NCBI GenBank assembly: GCA_964579735.1
Contig: CAZOHH010000003.1
Coordinates: forward strand, 20,759-74,886
Source of the DNA: an uncultured Oscillospiraceae bacterium
GTDB lineage: Bacteria; Bacillota; Clostridia; Saccharofermentanales; UBA5734
Length of the DNA: 54,128 bases
Direction: 5' to 3'
The notes below the pieces were generated by a model, which had not been told where the DNA came from, did no database searches, and saw only the letters and a list, made by a program, of their open reading frames with translations. Made by a program: the position numbers and the translations under genes. Numbering within the stretch: position 1 is the stretch's first letter; every line of letters begins with the position of its first letter. Positions 28,152 to 36,870 of this stretch are shown here, one piece after another.

Positions 28152-30587
28152 ATGAAGGCACCGATCGGTTGGATGAGGGACTTCACGGAGATACCGGAGG
28201 GGGCGCACGCTTTCGCCGAGGCCATGACCATGAGCGGTTCCAAAGTGGAGGGACTTGCCGTATCCGGCGAGAGCCTCTCCGGAATCGTGACGGCGAAAGT
28301 CCTAACGGTGGGGCGTCACCCCGACGCCGACCGCCTGTCGGTATGCACCGTCGACGCGGGAGATGTGCACGGCGTGCTCACCCTCGTCACGGGTGCGACG
28401 AACGTCACGGTGGGTCGCGTGATTCCGGTCGCCGTGGACGGTGCGACACTGGCGGAAGGGAAGACGATCCGCAAGGGCAAACTTCGCGGCATCGACTCCG
28501 AAGGAATGATGTGCTCCTTCCAGGAATTGGGATTCACAAGAGCCGACTACCCGGATGCCGCCGCGGACGGCATCTGGCTGCTCGATGACGCTACGCCTGT
28601 CGGAGTCGACGTGAAGGTGCTTCTAGGTCTCGGGGAAACGACCGTGGACTTCGAGATCACGTCGAACCGGCCGGACTGCCTCAGCATCGAAGGCCTCGCG
28701 CGGGAAGCCGCCGTGACCCTCGGTGCGCCGTTCCGGCCCAGGATGCCGGCCGTCCTCGAGCAAGGATCGGAACAGTCCCGCTCGGTTGCCTCCGTCACGA
28801 TAGAGGCTCCCGACCTCTGCATGCGCTACTGCGCCCGCGTCGTTCGGGACGTGAAGATCGGACCTTCTCCGGATTGGATGCGTCGACGCCTGCGTGAGTC
28901 GGGAATACGGCCGATTTCCAATATCGTCGACATCACGAACTACGTGATGCTGGAGCTCGGACAACCCATGCATGCCTTCGACCTCGATCGGATCGCGGAA
29001 CACCGCATCCTCGTTCGCCGTGCAAGGGACGGAGAGTCCATGAAGACTCTCGACGGTGCCGCGCATGCCCTGGATGCATCGATGCTCGTCATCGCGGACC
29101 CGAATGGCCCAGTCGCCCTCGCTGGAGTCATGGGAGGCGAACATTCTGAAATCTCTCCCGATACGACCACGATCCTTCTTGAATCAGCCGTCTTCCATGG
29201 CATCCAGACCCGTCTGACCGCCAAGTCGCTCGGTTTCCGTACGGAGTCCTCCGCCCGCTTCGAGAAGGGACTCGACGTGTACAACGCACCGCGCGCATTG
29301 GACAGGGCTGCGGAGCTGATCGAGGAACTCGGATGCGGCACGCCATGCAAAGGCTCCATCGACGTATTTCCAACCGTCCCCGTCCAGGTGCGCATCCTCT
29401 TCCGTCCCGCCCGCATCAACGCGTTCCTCGGAACGGACATCTCCCGAGAGGAGATGACCCGCATCCTCCGAGATATCGGATGCGAGCTCCTGCCTTCCTT
29501 GGACGAGAAGGGGACCGACATCATTCCGCCGACCTGGCGTGCCGACCTCGAATCCGAAGCCGACATCTCCGAGGAGATCGCGCGTTTCCACGGCTACAAC
29601 CTCATTCCGCCGTCCCTCCGATCCGGAGGTGAATCCTCCCTCGGCGGGCGAACGCAGGAGCAGCTGGTCGTCGAATCCGTCAAGGACGCCATGGTCGCCT
29701 CCGGTTTCTTCGAGACCTACACCTATTCCTTCGGAAGCCCGAAGCAGTTCGACCGCATGGGTGTCCCCGACGGGCACGCGGATCGCGATTGCGTCAGGAT
29801 TCTGAATCCTCTCGGCGAGGACTTCGGCGTGATGCGCACCACCATGGTCGATAGCCTGCTTCAAGTCGCCGCCCTCAATGCGGGACGGTCCAACCCGGAG
29901 CTGCGGATCTTCGAGGTGTCTCGCATCTACCGCCCGTTGATGACTTCGCCCGATGGACTCCCGGACGAGATTCCCATGCTCTCCGCCGCGGTCTATGCTG
30001 CCGGAACGGACAACTCCACGGCCTCGACCTTCCTGGAGTTGAAAGGGGCTCTTGAAGAGACCGCCTTGCACCTCGGCATCCGGACCCTGGCCTTCGAGAC
30101 CCTGACCGACCACCCCTCGCTGCACCCGGGACGCAGCGCCACGGTAACCGTCGAAGGCAAGTCCTGTGGATTCCTCGGCACGGTGCACCCCGAGGTGGCG
30201 GCCCGCTACGAGGTTCCCGAGTCGACCGTGCTCTCCTCGATTCGAATGGACGCGCTGATCGCCGCGTCTTCGCCTCGACGCACGGCGCGTCCGATGCCAA
30301 GATTCCCTGCCGTCTCGCGAGACATCGCCCTTCTGGTCGGAATCGACGTACCGGTCGGCCGACTCGAGGCCGTGATCCGTTCCAGCGCGGGGCCATTGTT
30401 GGAGTCGGTATCCCTCTTCGATGTCTATCAAGGTCCGCAGGTGAAGAGCGGCTTGAAGTCCGTCGCCTTCGGCCTCGTTTACCGTGCTTCCGACCGAACG
30501 CTCAAGGAGGAGGAGGTTTTCGCTACCATGTCGGCGGTCCTTTCCGCGTTGGCGAAGGAAGAGGGCGCCGAACTCCGTCCGGCGTGA
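28152..30587 (+). CDS. pheT: Phenylalanine--tRNA ligase beta subunit
   Basis: ATG 28152 after aaggagaa. MKAPIGWMRDF, tRNA-binding OB domain (HPDADRLSVC), B3/4, B5 and FDX-ACB domains. 811 aa. Confidence 0.97.
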   Translation: MKAPIGWMRDFTEIPEGAHAFAEAMTMSGSKVEGLAVSGESLSGIVTAKVLTVGRHPDADRLSVCTVDAGDVHGVLTLVTGATNVTVGRVIPVAVDGATLAEGKTIRKGKLRGIDSEGMMCSFQELGFTRADYPDAAADGIWLLDDATPVGVDVKVLLGLGETTVDFEITSNRPDCLSIEGLAREAAVTLGAPFRPRMPAVLEQGSEQSRSVASVTIEAPDLCMRYCARVVRDVKIGPSPDWMRRRLRESGIRPISNIVDITNYVMLELGQPMHAFDLDRIAEHRILVRRARDGESMKTLDGAAHALDASMLVIADPNGPVALAGVMGGEHSEISPDTTTILLESAVFHGIQTRLTAKSLGFRTESSARFEKGLDVYNAPRALDRAAELIEELGCGTPCKGSIDVFPTVPVQVRILFRPARINAFLGTDISREEMTRILRDIGCELLPSLDEKGTDIIPPTWRADLESEADISEEIARFHGYNLIPPSLRSGGESSLGGRTQEQLVVESVKDAMVASGFFETYTYSFGSPKQFDRMGVPDGHADRDCVRILNPLGEDFGVMRTTMVDSLLQVAALNAGRSNPELRIFEVSRIYRPLMTSPDGLPDEIPMLSAAVYAAGTDNSTASTFLELKGALEETALHLGIRTLAFETLTDHPSLHPGRSATVTVEGKSCGFLGTVHPEVAARYEVPESTVLSSIRMDALIAASSPRRTARPMPRFPAVSRDIALLVGIDVPVGRLEAVIRSSAGPLLESVSLFDVYQGPQVKSGLKSVAFGLVYRASDRTLKEEEVFATMSAVLSALAKEEGAELRPA

Positions 30588-30591
30588 CGGA

Positions 30592-30624
30592 ATTGTTGAA
30601 CTTCATTCAACAATGATGTATAAA
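30592..30624 (+). promoter_or_regulatory. Promoter with overlapping 9-bp perfect inverted repeat (candidate operator) upstream of the amino-acid ABC operon
   Basis: ATTGTTGAA (30592-30600), 5-nt spacer, TTCAACAAT (30606-14). TTGAAC (30596-30601), 17-nt spacer, TATAAA (30619-30624). An AT-rich island in a GC-rich context. Confidence 0.45.
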
Positions 30625-30671
30625 TATGCAAGATACAGCATTGAAACCCATCGTCTCAAGGAGGAATTCCC

Positions 30672-31403
30672 ATGAAGAATGCACGCATCGTCCTTGCCGC
30701 ACTTCTCGTCGTCGTCCTGGCCTTCACGGCCGTGGGCTGCGCAGCGTCCACCAAGCTCGTGATGGGCACCAGTTCCGGGTTCGAGCCGTTCGAATTCACC
30801 GATGCGAACCAGAAGGTCATCGGCATCGACGTCGACATCGCGAACCTGATCGCCAAGGAGGTCGGCAAGGAACTCGTCGTCGAGGACATGAACTTCGACA
30901 GCCTGATCGCCGCGCTCCAGTCCGGCAAGATCAACTTCATCGCCGCCGGCATGACCGCCAATGACGAAAGAAGGGTGAACGTCGATTTCTCCGACACCTA
31001 CTATGACGCCTCCCAGGTCATCATCGTCAAGGAAGGCTCCGCCATCAAGACCGCCGCCGATCTCGTCGGCAAGAAGATCGCCGTCCAGCAGGGCACCACC
31101 GGCGACGGACTCGCGACCGCCATCGAAGGCACGACCATCGACCGCCTCACCAAGGTCGCCGATTGCATCACCGAGCTCCTGCAGGACAAGGTCGATGCCG
31201 TCGTCATCGACTCCTTCCCCGCCGAGAAGAGCGTCGCGAAGAATCCCGGACTCGTCGTTCTGGCCGAGCCCCTGTCGGTGGAACAGTACGCCATCGCCGT
31301 CAAGAAGGGCGACACGAAGCTTCTGGCCTCCATCAACAAGGTCATCGCCGCCATGAAGGCCGACGGGACCTTGGAAACCATCGTCACAAGCTACGGCGGC
31401 TGA
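30672..31403 (+). CDS. Amino-acid ABC transporter substrate-binding lipoprotein (polar amino acid family)
   Basis: Lipobox LAFTAVGC. GTSSGFEPFEF, GIDVDIA, FDSLI.ALQSGKI.FI.AGMT, type II SBP family 3 pattern. Confidence 0.9.
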   Translation: MKNARIVLAALLVVVLAFTAVGCAASTKLVMGTSSGFEPFEFTDANQKVIGIDVDIANLIAKEVGKELVVEDMNFDSLIAALQSGKINFIAAGMTANDERRVNVDFSDTYYDASQVIIVKEGSAIKTAADLVGKKIAVQQGTTGDGLATAIEGTTIDRLTKVADCITELLQDKVDAVVIDSFPAEKSVAKNPGLVVLAEPLSVEQYAIAVKKGDTKLLASINKVIAAMKADGTLETIVTSYGG

Positions 31404-31434
31404 CCGAAACTTTGCCGCATCACCTTGTATGGAT

Positions 31435-31465
31435 GCACGGCCGTCGGTTCCACCGGCGGCCGTGT
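31435..31465 (+). other. GC-rich intercistronic stem-loop between SBP and permease genes
   Basis: gcacggccgtcgg / ccggcggccgtgt, 13 bp including wobbles, loop ttcca, no U-tract. Confidence 0.5.
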
Positions 31466-31508
31466 ACCCGTGAAGTGACCGAAGATCCTGTGTAGAAGAG
31501 GGGAGAGG

Positions 31509-32321
31509 ATGATCCCGGTGCGGAAGAAGACTTTCCTGATGCTCCTCGGAGGCATTCTCGTTTCGGTTGCCGTAGGTTTCCAGGTTTCAGCGGCGACCAT
31601 CGGCGCAGCTGCCAACCTGCCACCCTTCCTCCAGGACCTCTGGGTTGACTTCCAGGCTGATTTCATCAAGGACAACCGATATCTCTGGTTGATCCGAGGC
31701 CTGGGCACGACACTGGAGATCACGGCCGGCGCCACGGTCCTCGGCCTCCTGATCGGGCTTTCGCTATCCCTTGTCAAGGTCATGCAGTTCTCGGGAAGGA
31801 AGGTCGGTCCATTGGGGTTCGTTGCGGACCTCTATCTGACCGTCATCCGAGGGACTCCTTCCGTCGTCCAGCTGCTCATCATCTACTTCGTCATCTTCGG
31901 CAGCGTGAACGTGCCGAAGATCCTCGTCGCGATCATCGCCTTCGGCGTCAACAGCGGCGCATACATGGCCGAAATCATCCGCGGCGGTATCCTGTCCGTG
32001 GACCGAGGTCAAATGGAGGCAGGTCGATCCCTCGGCCTCGGGTACTGGACGTCCATGCGGACCATCGTCATCCCTCAGGCGACCAAGAACATCCTGCCCG
32101 CCATGGGCAACGAGTTCATCACGCTACTGAAGGAAACCGCCATCGCCGGCTACATCGCGGTCCAGGACCTGACCAAGGCGGGTGACCTCATCCGCGCCCA
32201 GACCTATGACGCCTTCCTTCCGCTGATCGCCGTCGCCGCGATGTACCTGTTCATCGTCATGATCCTGACGTCCCTGCTGAAACGGCTGGAAGAGAGGTTG
32301 AGACGCAGTGATCACCGTTGA
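31509..32321 (+). CDS. Amino-acid ABC transporter permease (HisMQ/GlnP family)
   Basis: GTTLEIT, EAA-type loop [26 protein letters not shown]. Confidence 0.9.
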   Translation: MIPVRKKTFLMLLGGILVSVAVGFQVSAATIGAAANLPPFLQDLWVDFQADFIKDNRYLWLIRGLGTTLEITAGATVLGLLIGLSLSLVKVMQFSGRKVGPLGFVADLYLTVIRGTPSVVQLLIIYFVIFGSVNVPKILVAIIAFGVNSGAYMAEIIRGGILSVDRGQMEAGRSLGLGYWTSMRTIVIPQATKNILPAMGNEFITLLKETAIAGYIAVQDLTKAGDLIRAQTYDAFLPLIAVAAMYLFIVMILTSLLKRLEERLRRSDHR

Positions 32322-33036
32322 ACGTCTGGTCAAGAGATTCGGAAGCCTCGAGGTACTGCGCGGCATCGATGCCCATGTAGCCAAGGGAGACAAGGTCGTC
32401 GTGATCGGTCCCTCCGGTTCCGGCAAGAGCACGTTCCTGCGATGCGTCAACCTTCTGGACCAACCGTCCTCCGGGCGCATTCTCGTCGACGGCGAGGAGA
32501 TCACGAATCCGAAGTGCGACATCGACCGAATCCGACAGAAGATGGGCATGGTCTTCCAGCAGTTCAACCTCTTCCCCCATCTGACCGTGATGCAGAACCT
32601 CATGCTGGCTCCCGTCCAGCTCAAGCGTCTCTCGCAGGACGCCGCAGAGGAAAAGGCGTTTTCACTGCTTCGGCGCGTCGGTCTCCTGGACAAGGCTCTC
32701 GTATATCCAGCCAAGCTGTCCGGAGGCCAGAAGCAGCGCATCGCCATCGCGCGGGCGCTCGCCATGGATCCGGAAATCATGCTTTTCGACGAGCCGACCT
32801 CCTCGCTTGACCCGGAGATGATCGGGGAAGTCCTCTCCGTCATGAAGGAACTTGCCCAGGACGGCATGACCATGATGGTCGTCACCCATGAAATGGGGTT
32901 CGCGAGAGAAGTCGGAAGCCGAATCCTCTTCATGGACGAAGGTCTGATCGCAGAGACGGGGACGCCGGACGAGCTTTTCGGGAATCCACGCGAAGCCCGC
33001 ACGCGGGAATTCCTTTCGAAGGTGCTCCCACGATGA
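32308..33036 (+). CDS. Amino-acid ABC transporter ATP-binding protein (GlnQ-like)
   Basis: GTG start with a 14-nt overlap on the permease gene. Walker [10 protein letters not shown], signature LSGGQKQR, Walker [12 protein letters not shown]. Confidence 0.95.
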   Translation: MITVERLVKRFGSLEVLRGIDAHVAKGDKVVVIGPSGSGKSTFLRCVNLLDQPSSGRILVDGEEITNPKCDIDRIRQKMGMVFQQFNLFPHLTVMQNLMLAPVQLKRLSQDAAEEKAFSLLRRVGLLDKALVYPAKLSGGQKQRIAIARALAMDPEIMLFDEPTSSLDPEMIGEVLSVMKELAQDGMTMMVVTHEMGFAREVGSRILFMDEGLIAETGTPDELFGNPREARTREFLSKVLPR

Positions 33037-33953
33037 CGCAGACCCCTGGGGGGATGCCTTCCTCCCGTCGTCTGGCAGAAGTGCTTCTATTCCTCGTCAC
33101 CATCGTTTGGGGTTCTACGTTCATCGTCATGAAGAACGGCTCTGCGGAATTTTCACCGGTCGATTTCGTTTTCTTCAGATTCCTCGTCGCGACCCTTCTC
33201 TGCATCGTCTTCTTCCACCGCCGCATCGCGACGCTTCGCTGGAAATCCATCGGAAAGGGCGCGTTCATAGGTCTATTCCTATTCCTCGGCATCCTGATGC
33301 AGGTCTGGGGTCTCCAGAGCACATCGGCTTCCAACTCCGCCTTCATCACGGGACTCGTCGTGATCACGGTGCCGCTCCTCCACTCCCTCATGAGCCGGCG
33401 TAGACCGGCTTCCGGCACGGCGCTCGGCGCTTTGCTCGCGATCACCGGAATCGGGTTTCTTTCCGGTGTGCTTCCAGAGCTCCGTTTCGATCGATTGGCG
33501 TTGGGCGACCTGCTGACACTCATCGGCACCCTGGCATGGACCGTACAGGTCGTCGCGCTCGATCGTCTGGTCGATGGAGAGGATGCCTATGCACTCTCCT
33601 TCATGCAGTTCCTGACCGTCACGGTCGTCGCGGGAATCGTGATGACCGTGTCCGGTTCATCCCTTCCAGAAGTCTCCATGATTCCATGGTTCGCCGTCCT
33701 CTTCACGGGCATAGCCGGTACTTTTCTGGCGTTCACGGTACAGACCGTGTTCCAGTTCCGCACGACACCGTACCGAGCGGTTCTCATCTTCTCGTTCGAG
33801 CCCGTCTTCGGTCTGATGTTCGCGCTTCTGATCCCTGGCATTGCAGGAACGACGGAAACCCTGACTTTGGTGAAGACCGTCGGATGTCTACTGGTCCTGG
33901 CAGGAATGCTGGCTTCCGAGTTCCTTCCTCTCCGTTCAAAAGACGCCGCGTAG
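33033..33953 (+). CDS. DMT-superfamily (EamA) transporter
   Basis: The ATG overlaps the ATPase stop (ATGA). About 10 TM segments. [15 protein letters not shown] is typical of the EamA N-terminus. Confidence 0.85.
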   Translation: MTQTPGGMPSSRRLAEVLLFLVTIVWGSTFIVMKNGSAEFSPVDFVFFRFLVATLLCIVFFHRRIATLRWKSIGKGAFIGLFLFLGILMQVWGLQSTSASNSAFITGLVVITVPLLHSLMSRRRPASGTALGALLAITGIGFLSGVLPELRFDRLALGDLLTLIGTLAWTVQVVALDRLVDGEDAYALSFMQFLTVTVVAGIVMTVSGSSLPEVSMIPWFAVLFTGIAGTFLAFTVQTVFQFRTTPYRAVLIFSFEPVFGLMFALLIPGIAGTTETLTLVKTVGCLLVLAGMLASEFLPLRSKDAA

Positions 33954-33994
33954 TTCCCTACGGGAGCGAATCGTATCCCGTTCTTCCTGTTACT

Positions 33995-34024
33995 GTCGGA
34001 TTCCGTCGGGTTTCGTCGGAATCC
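33995..34024 (+). repeat. Three tandem, helically phased 10-bp direct repeats (GTCGGnwTyC)
   Basis: gtcggattcc / gtcgggtttc / gtcggaatcc at 33995, 34005 and 34015. Repeats 1 and 3 are also mutually complementary (cggattccg/cggaatccg) and could form a 9-10 bp stem. Located 75-100 nt upstream of the 34099 ATG. Confidence 0.6.
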
Positions 34025-34098
34025 GATCCTCGTCCGGCACTTCTGAAGTCTTAGGATGAAGCCATGGGAAACCGTGGTTCATGCAAAGAGGTGATGAA

Positions 34099-34365
34099 AT
34101 GACGACGCTGGAAGCCGCGATTGCGGTGCCCTTGATTCTGCTGATGGTTCTTTCGCTGATTCTTGCGGCCCCTCTTGGGTATACGGCCGTACTCGCCACT
34201 GCGAAGCTGTCCGTCGAGGAAACCCAGATGGATCGAACGATCAGACCGGAACAGCTGATTCGGATCGGGATGGCCGTCACCGATTCGGCGTCGATTCTTT
34301 CGGCGTGGATTCCTGGGCTCGGAGACCTTCTGGTTGCTTTGGGAGGTAGCCGGGATGTCGGGTGA
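34099..34365 (+). CDS. Small TadE-like (pseudopilin-type N-terminus) membrane protein, 88 aa
   Basis: ATG 34099 follows a near-consensus SD gaggtgat with 7-nt spacing. The upstream in-frame ATG 34081 has no SD. N-terminus MTTLEAAIAVPLILLMVLSLILAAP (Glu5 plus a hydrophobic helix). Confidence 0.55.
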   Translation: MTTLEAAIAVPLILLMVLSLILAAPLGYTAVLATAKLSVEETQMDRTIRPEQLIRIGMAVTDSASILSAWIPGLGDLLVALGGSRDVG

Positions 34366-35848
34366 ACCCGCTATGCGCCGATTCGCCTCCAGGCACGGTA
34401 CCGTCTCCCTTGTCCTGGCTTTGGTCGCCGCCTCGGGACTGATCGTGATGGGCATCTTCCTTCAAGGCGCGCGGATCAGAGCAGCGGAAGCCAACGTTCT
34501 ACGATGCGTCGATTCTTCCTCGCGAATCGCCTTGTCGACCTATGGGGGTGCATTGCTGCAGCGCTATGGGATCTTCGCGGTCGACACGGGAAGGAGCGAC
34601 TCATGGCGTGAGAACGCGGTCCATGCTTTCGATGAGTCGAAGGTGTCAGAAGCCTCGGCATGCCGGTTGGAGGTCCTCGCCCTGGATTCCCTTGGGGACA
34701 GAGAGGTTCTTGCCGCGGCGATTCGGAACTTCGTAGGAGACCGTCTTCCTGCGTTGATCATCGCCATGGGGATAGACAAGCTGTCTGGCATCGGAAGACA
34801 GGCGATTCCGGTTTCCTTCGACCCTCTGTTCGATACCGGTGGCGAAGAGGATTCGACCTCGGGGTCATGGGGTGCCGCTCTTCTCGAATTGGCTGCGAAA
34901 TCGGGCTCCTCCGAGGAGGCGCCTTATGTAAGCCCCGATGATCCTTCCTACGATATCGGAGATGCCTCGCAGGATATGAGCGAATGCCTGAGGGAGATCC
35001 AGGCCATGAATCGAATGGCCGCCGAAGATCCCACACGCCCGAGTCTTCCTTCTCCTCTGGACCCGGCATCGATGATCGGGTTCCTATCCGAAACCATGAA
35101 CGGGCTTCCTGCTTCCGTGGAAGCGATCCTGGACGAAGCTTCCCTCGATATCTATGCAACGACGATGTTCCGATCCCGGGTCCTCACTGGCTCCGACGAC
35201 GGCGTCTCGTTCCCTTATACGGATCTTCGAGGACGCGCGATATCGAGCCTTGCTTGTGTCGATCTCTACGAAGCGGAACGGATCGTCGCAGGACGCAACA
35301 CGGACGCGGAGAATCTGCTAGCCGTCGAGCGCCGCATTCTCGCGATCCGCTTCGCCTTCCAGATGGTCTCTCAGCTGAGCGACGAATCATGCCGGGAAAA
35401 GGCGCAGGCACTCGCGGCTGTTTTGTCCGGTCTTCTTTCCGCAGCCACATCCGGGGCCCTTGTGATTCCCACCGGCTTCCTTGCCATCGCGCTTCAGGCG
35501 GCCTGGGCCTTCCAGTCCGCCCGTTCCGAAGTACAGACGCTCGTGGAGGGCGGTTCCGTTCCATTCCTGCCGGAAGGCATGGTGCGAAACCTCCCCGAAC
35601 TGGCTCAATGGAAAGCGGCTTACAGCGATCACCTCACCCTCCTCCTGTTGGCCGTGCCGACTCGCATCAAGCTCGAACGGATCGCTTCCATCATCGAGAA
35701 GAACATCGCTCTTTTCGGCTCGTCGGAGTCGAGCGCAGAAGGAAAAGCACCGTTATCCGGCTACGCTACGCGCATAGTGGCCTCGACATGGTATCGGGGA
35801 GACATGGTTTCAAGGTCGACGGGGTTCTATGACGATGCCGCGCGTTGA
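34355..35848 (+). CDS. Membrane-anchored hypothetical protein, DUF5702-like (Firmicutes Tad-locus-associated family)
   Basis: ATG 34355 after gggagg (8-nt spacing), overlapping the previous gene by 11 nt. TM anchor TVSLVLALVAASGLIVMGIFL, an acidic linker, and a C-terminal block LYEAERIVAG...LLAVERRILAIRFAFQM...LQAAWAFQSARSEV. The family match is from memory, not a search. Confidence 0.6.
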   Translation: MSGEPAMRRFASRHGTVSLVLALVAASGLIVMGIFLQGARIRAAEANVLRCVDSSSRIALSTYGGALLQRYGIFAVDTGRSDSWRENAVHAFDESKVSEASACRLEVLALDSLGDREVLAAAIRNFVGDRLPALIIAMGIDKLSGIGRQAIPVSFDPLFDTGGEEDSTSGSWGAALLELAAKSGSSEEAPYVSPDDPSYDIGDASQDMSECLREIQAMNRMAAEDPTRPSLPSPLDPASMIGFLSETMNGLPASVEAILDEASLDIYATTMFRSRVLTGSDDGVSFPYTDLRGRAISSLACVDLYEAERIVAGRNTDAENLLAVERRILAIRFAFQMVSQLSDESCREKAQALAAVLSGLLSAATSGALVIPTGFLAIALQAAWAFQSARSEVQTLVEGGSVPFLPEGMVRNLPELAQWKAAYSDHLTLLLLAVPTRIKLERIASIIEKNIALFGSSESSAEGKAPLSGYATRIVASTWYRGDMVSRSTGFYDDAAR

Positions 35849-36824
35849 CCGGCTGAGAAGAAGGAATGGCTCTTTCGCATTGGAGACCGCTATTGCCTTG
35901 CCCGGGTTCATTTTGGTCGCGACCGTTCTTTTGACCGGAATGGCGGCTTCGCGCATCGGCGTCCATGTGGACATGGCACTTGAAGGGATGTGCCGGAGTA
36001 TCAGCCTTGGGGGGCCTGCAGCGGATTTCATAGGTGTCGATAGACTCGGAGATGTTCTGGATTCGATAGGGGAGAAAGACTCGCGATCGATCCTGGACGG
36101 TCTCGACTTGTCAGGGCTGAAGGATCTTCTTGTCTGTGGCGCTGCCGACTTGGCGCTGCCCTTCTTGTTCGAGACCGAATACAACGCCGCTCCATCCCGA
36201 AGCGGCGTAGACGGCATGATCATCGGAGCAGGGAATGAGCGCTGGAAAGTCGAATGTGAATCGCGGCTTTCAGACGAGATGGTCCGAATCACGATGGTCT
36301 ATGCGCTGCGCACGCCCTTCGGCCTCATCGAACGGCGCGCGTCCTGTTTCCTGTCGCTCTGGGAGGAAGGAGACGGAACCCGGGATGCAAGGGAGGGGGA
36401 GAATGTATGGAGTCTCGACAAGCTTGTTCGAGGCCGCACCCTGAGAGCACGCTTCGGAGGGAATCTGCCGATGGGATTTCCTGTGCTTTCGGCTTTCCGC
36501 AATGGAACGGCCACGGTGATCCATAGCATGGACTTGTCTGCAATGGGGTGGCAGGACGTTGTCGAAGCGGAACGGGAGATCGTCGAACGAATCGATGCTC
36601 TGGTCGGATTCAATGGGACCCTATCTCCATGGGGTTCGGACGGCATCAACATCGCACCTGGAACCATCCAGGCGCGCCATTTCCTTCTCGTCGTCCCTAC
36701 CAATACCGATGAAGACCGTTTTGCGTCGATTCTCGACCGATGCACCCTTCTAGCCTCCCGAAAAGGTGCCGTGATGTCGGTCGTGCGATATCAGGAAAGG
36801 CTAGCTGCGGTTGCGATGGAATAG
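35829..36824 (+). CDS. TadE-like pseudopilin-type protein with unassigned ~140-aa C-terminal domain
   Basis: Overlaps the previous gene by 20 nt. N-terminus RRRNG/SFALETAIALPGFILVATVLL matches G/xxxxE plus a hydrophobic helix. C-terminal region from GENVWSLDKLVRG... to ...MSVVRYQ. Confidence 0.62.
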   Translation: MTMPRVDRLRRRNGSFALETAIALPGFILVATVLLTGMAASRIGVHVDMALEGMCRSISLGGPAADFIGVDRLGDVLDSIGEKDSRSILDGLDLSGLKDLLVCGAADLALPFLFETEYNAAPSRSGVDGMIIGAGNERWKVECESRLSDEMVRITMVYALRTPFGLIERRASCFLSLWEEGDGTRDAREGENVWSLDKLVRGRTLRARFGGNLPMGFPVLSAFRNGTATVIHSMDLSAMGWQDVVEAEREIVERIDALVGFNGTLSPWGSDGINIAPGTIQARHFLLVVPTNTDEDRFASILDRCTLLASRKGAVMSVVRYQERLAAVAME

Positions 36825-36870
36825 TGCAAGTAGTATCATTCCAAGAAGAATGAAGAAGTCGGGAGAGAAA

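Noticed and set aside
34081-34098. Upstream in-frame ATG giving MQRGDEMTTLE... as a 6-aa pilin-like leader for protein A
   Set aside because: No SD precedes 34081, whereas gaggtgat sits at the ideal distance from ATG 34099. The leader would also lack the Gly at -1. It is kept as an alternative in the finding, not as the call.
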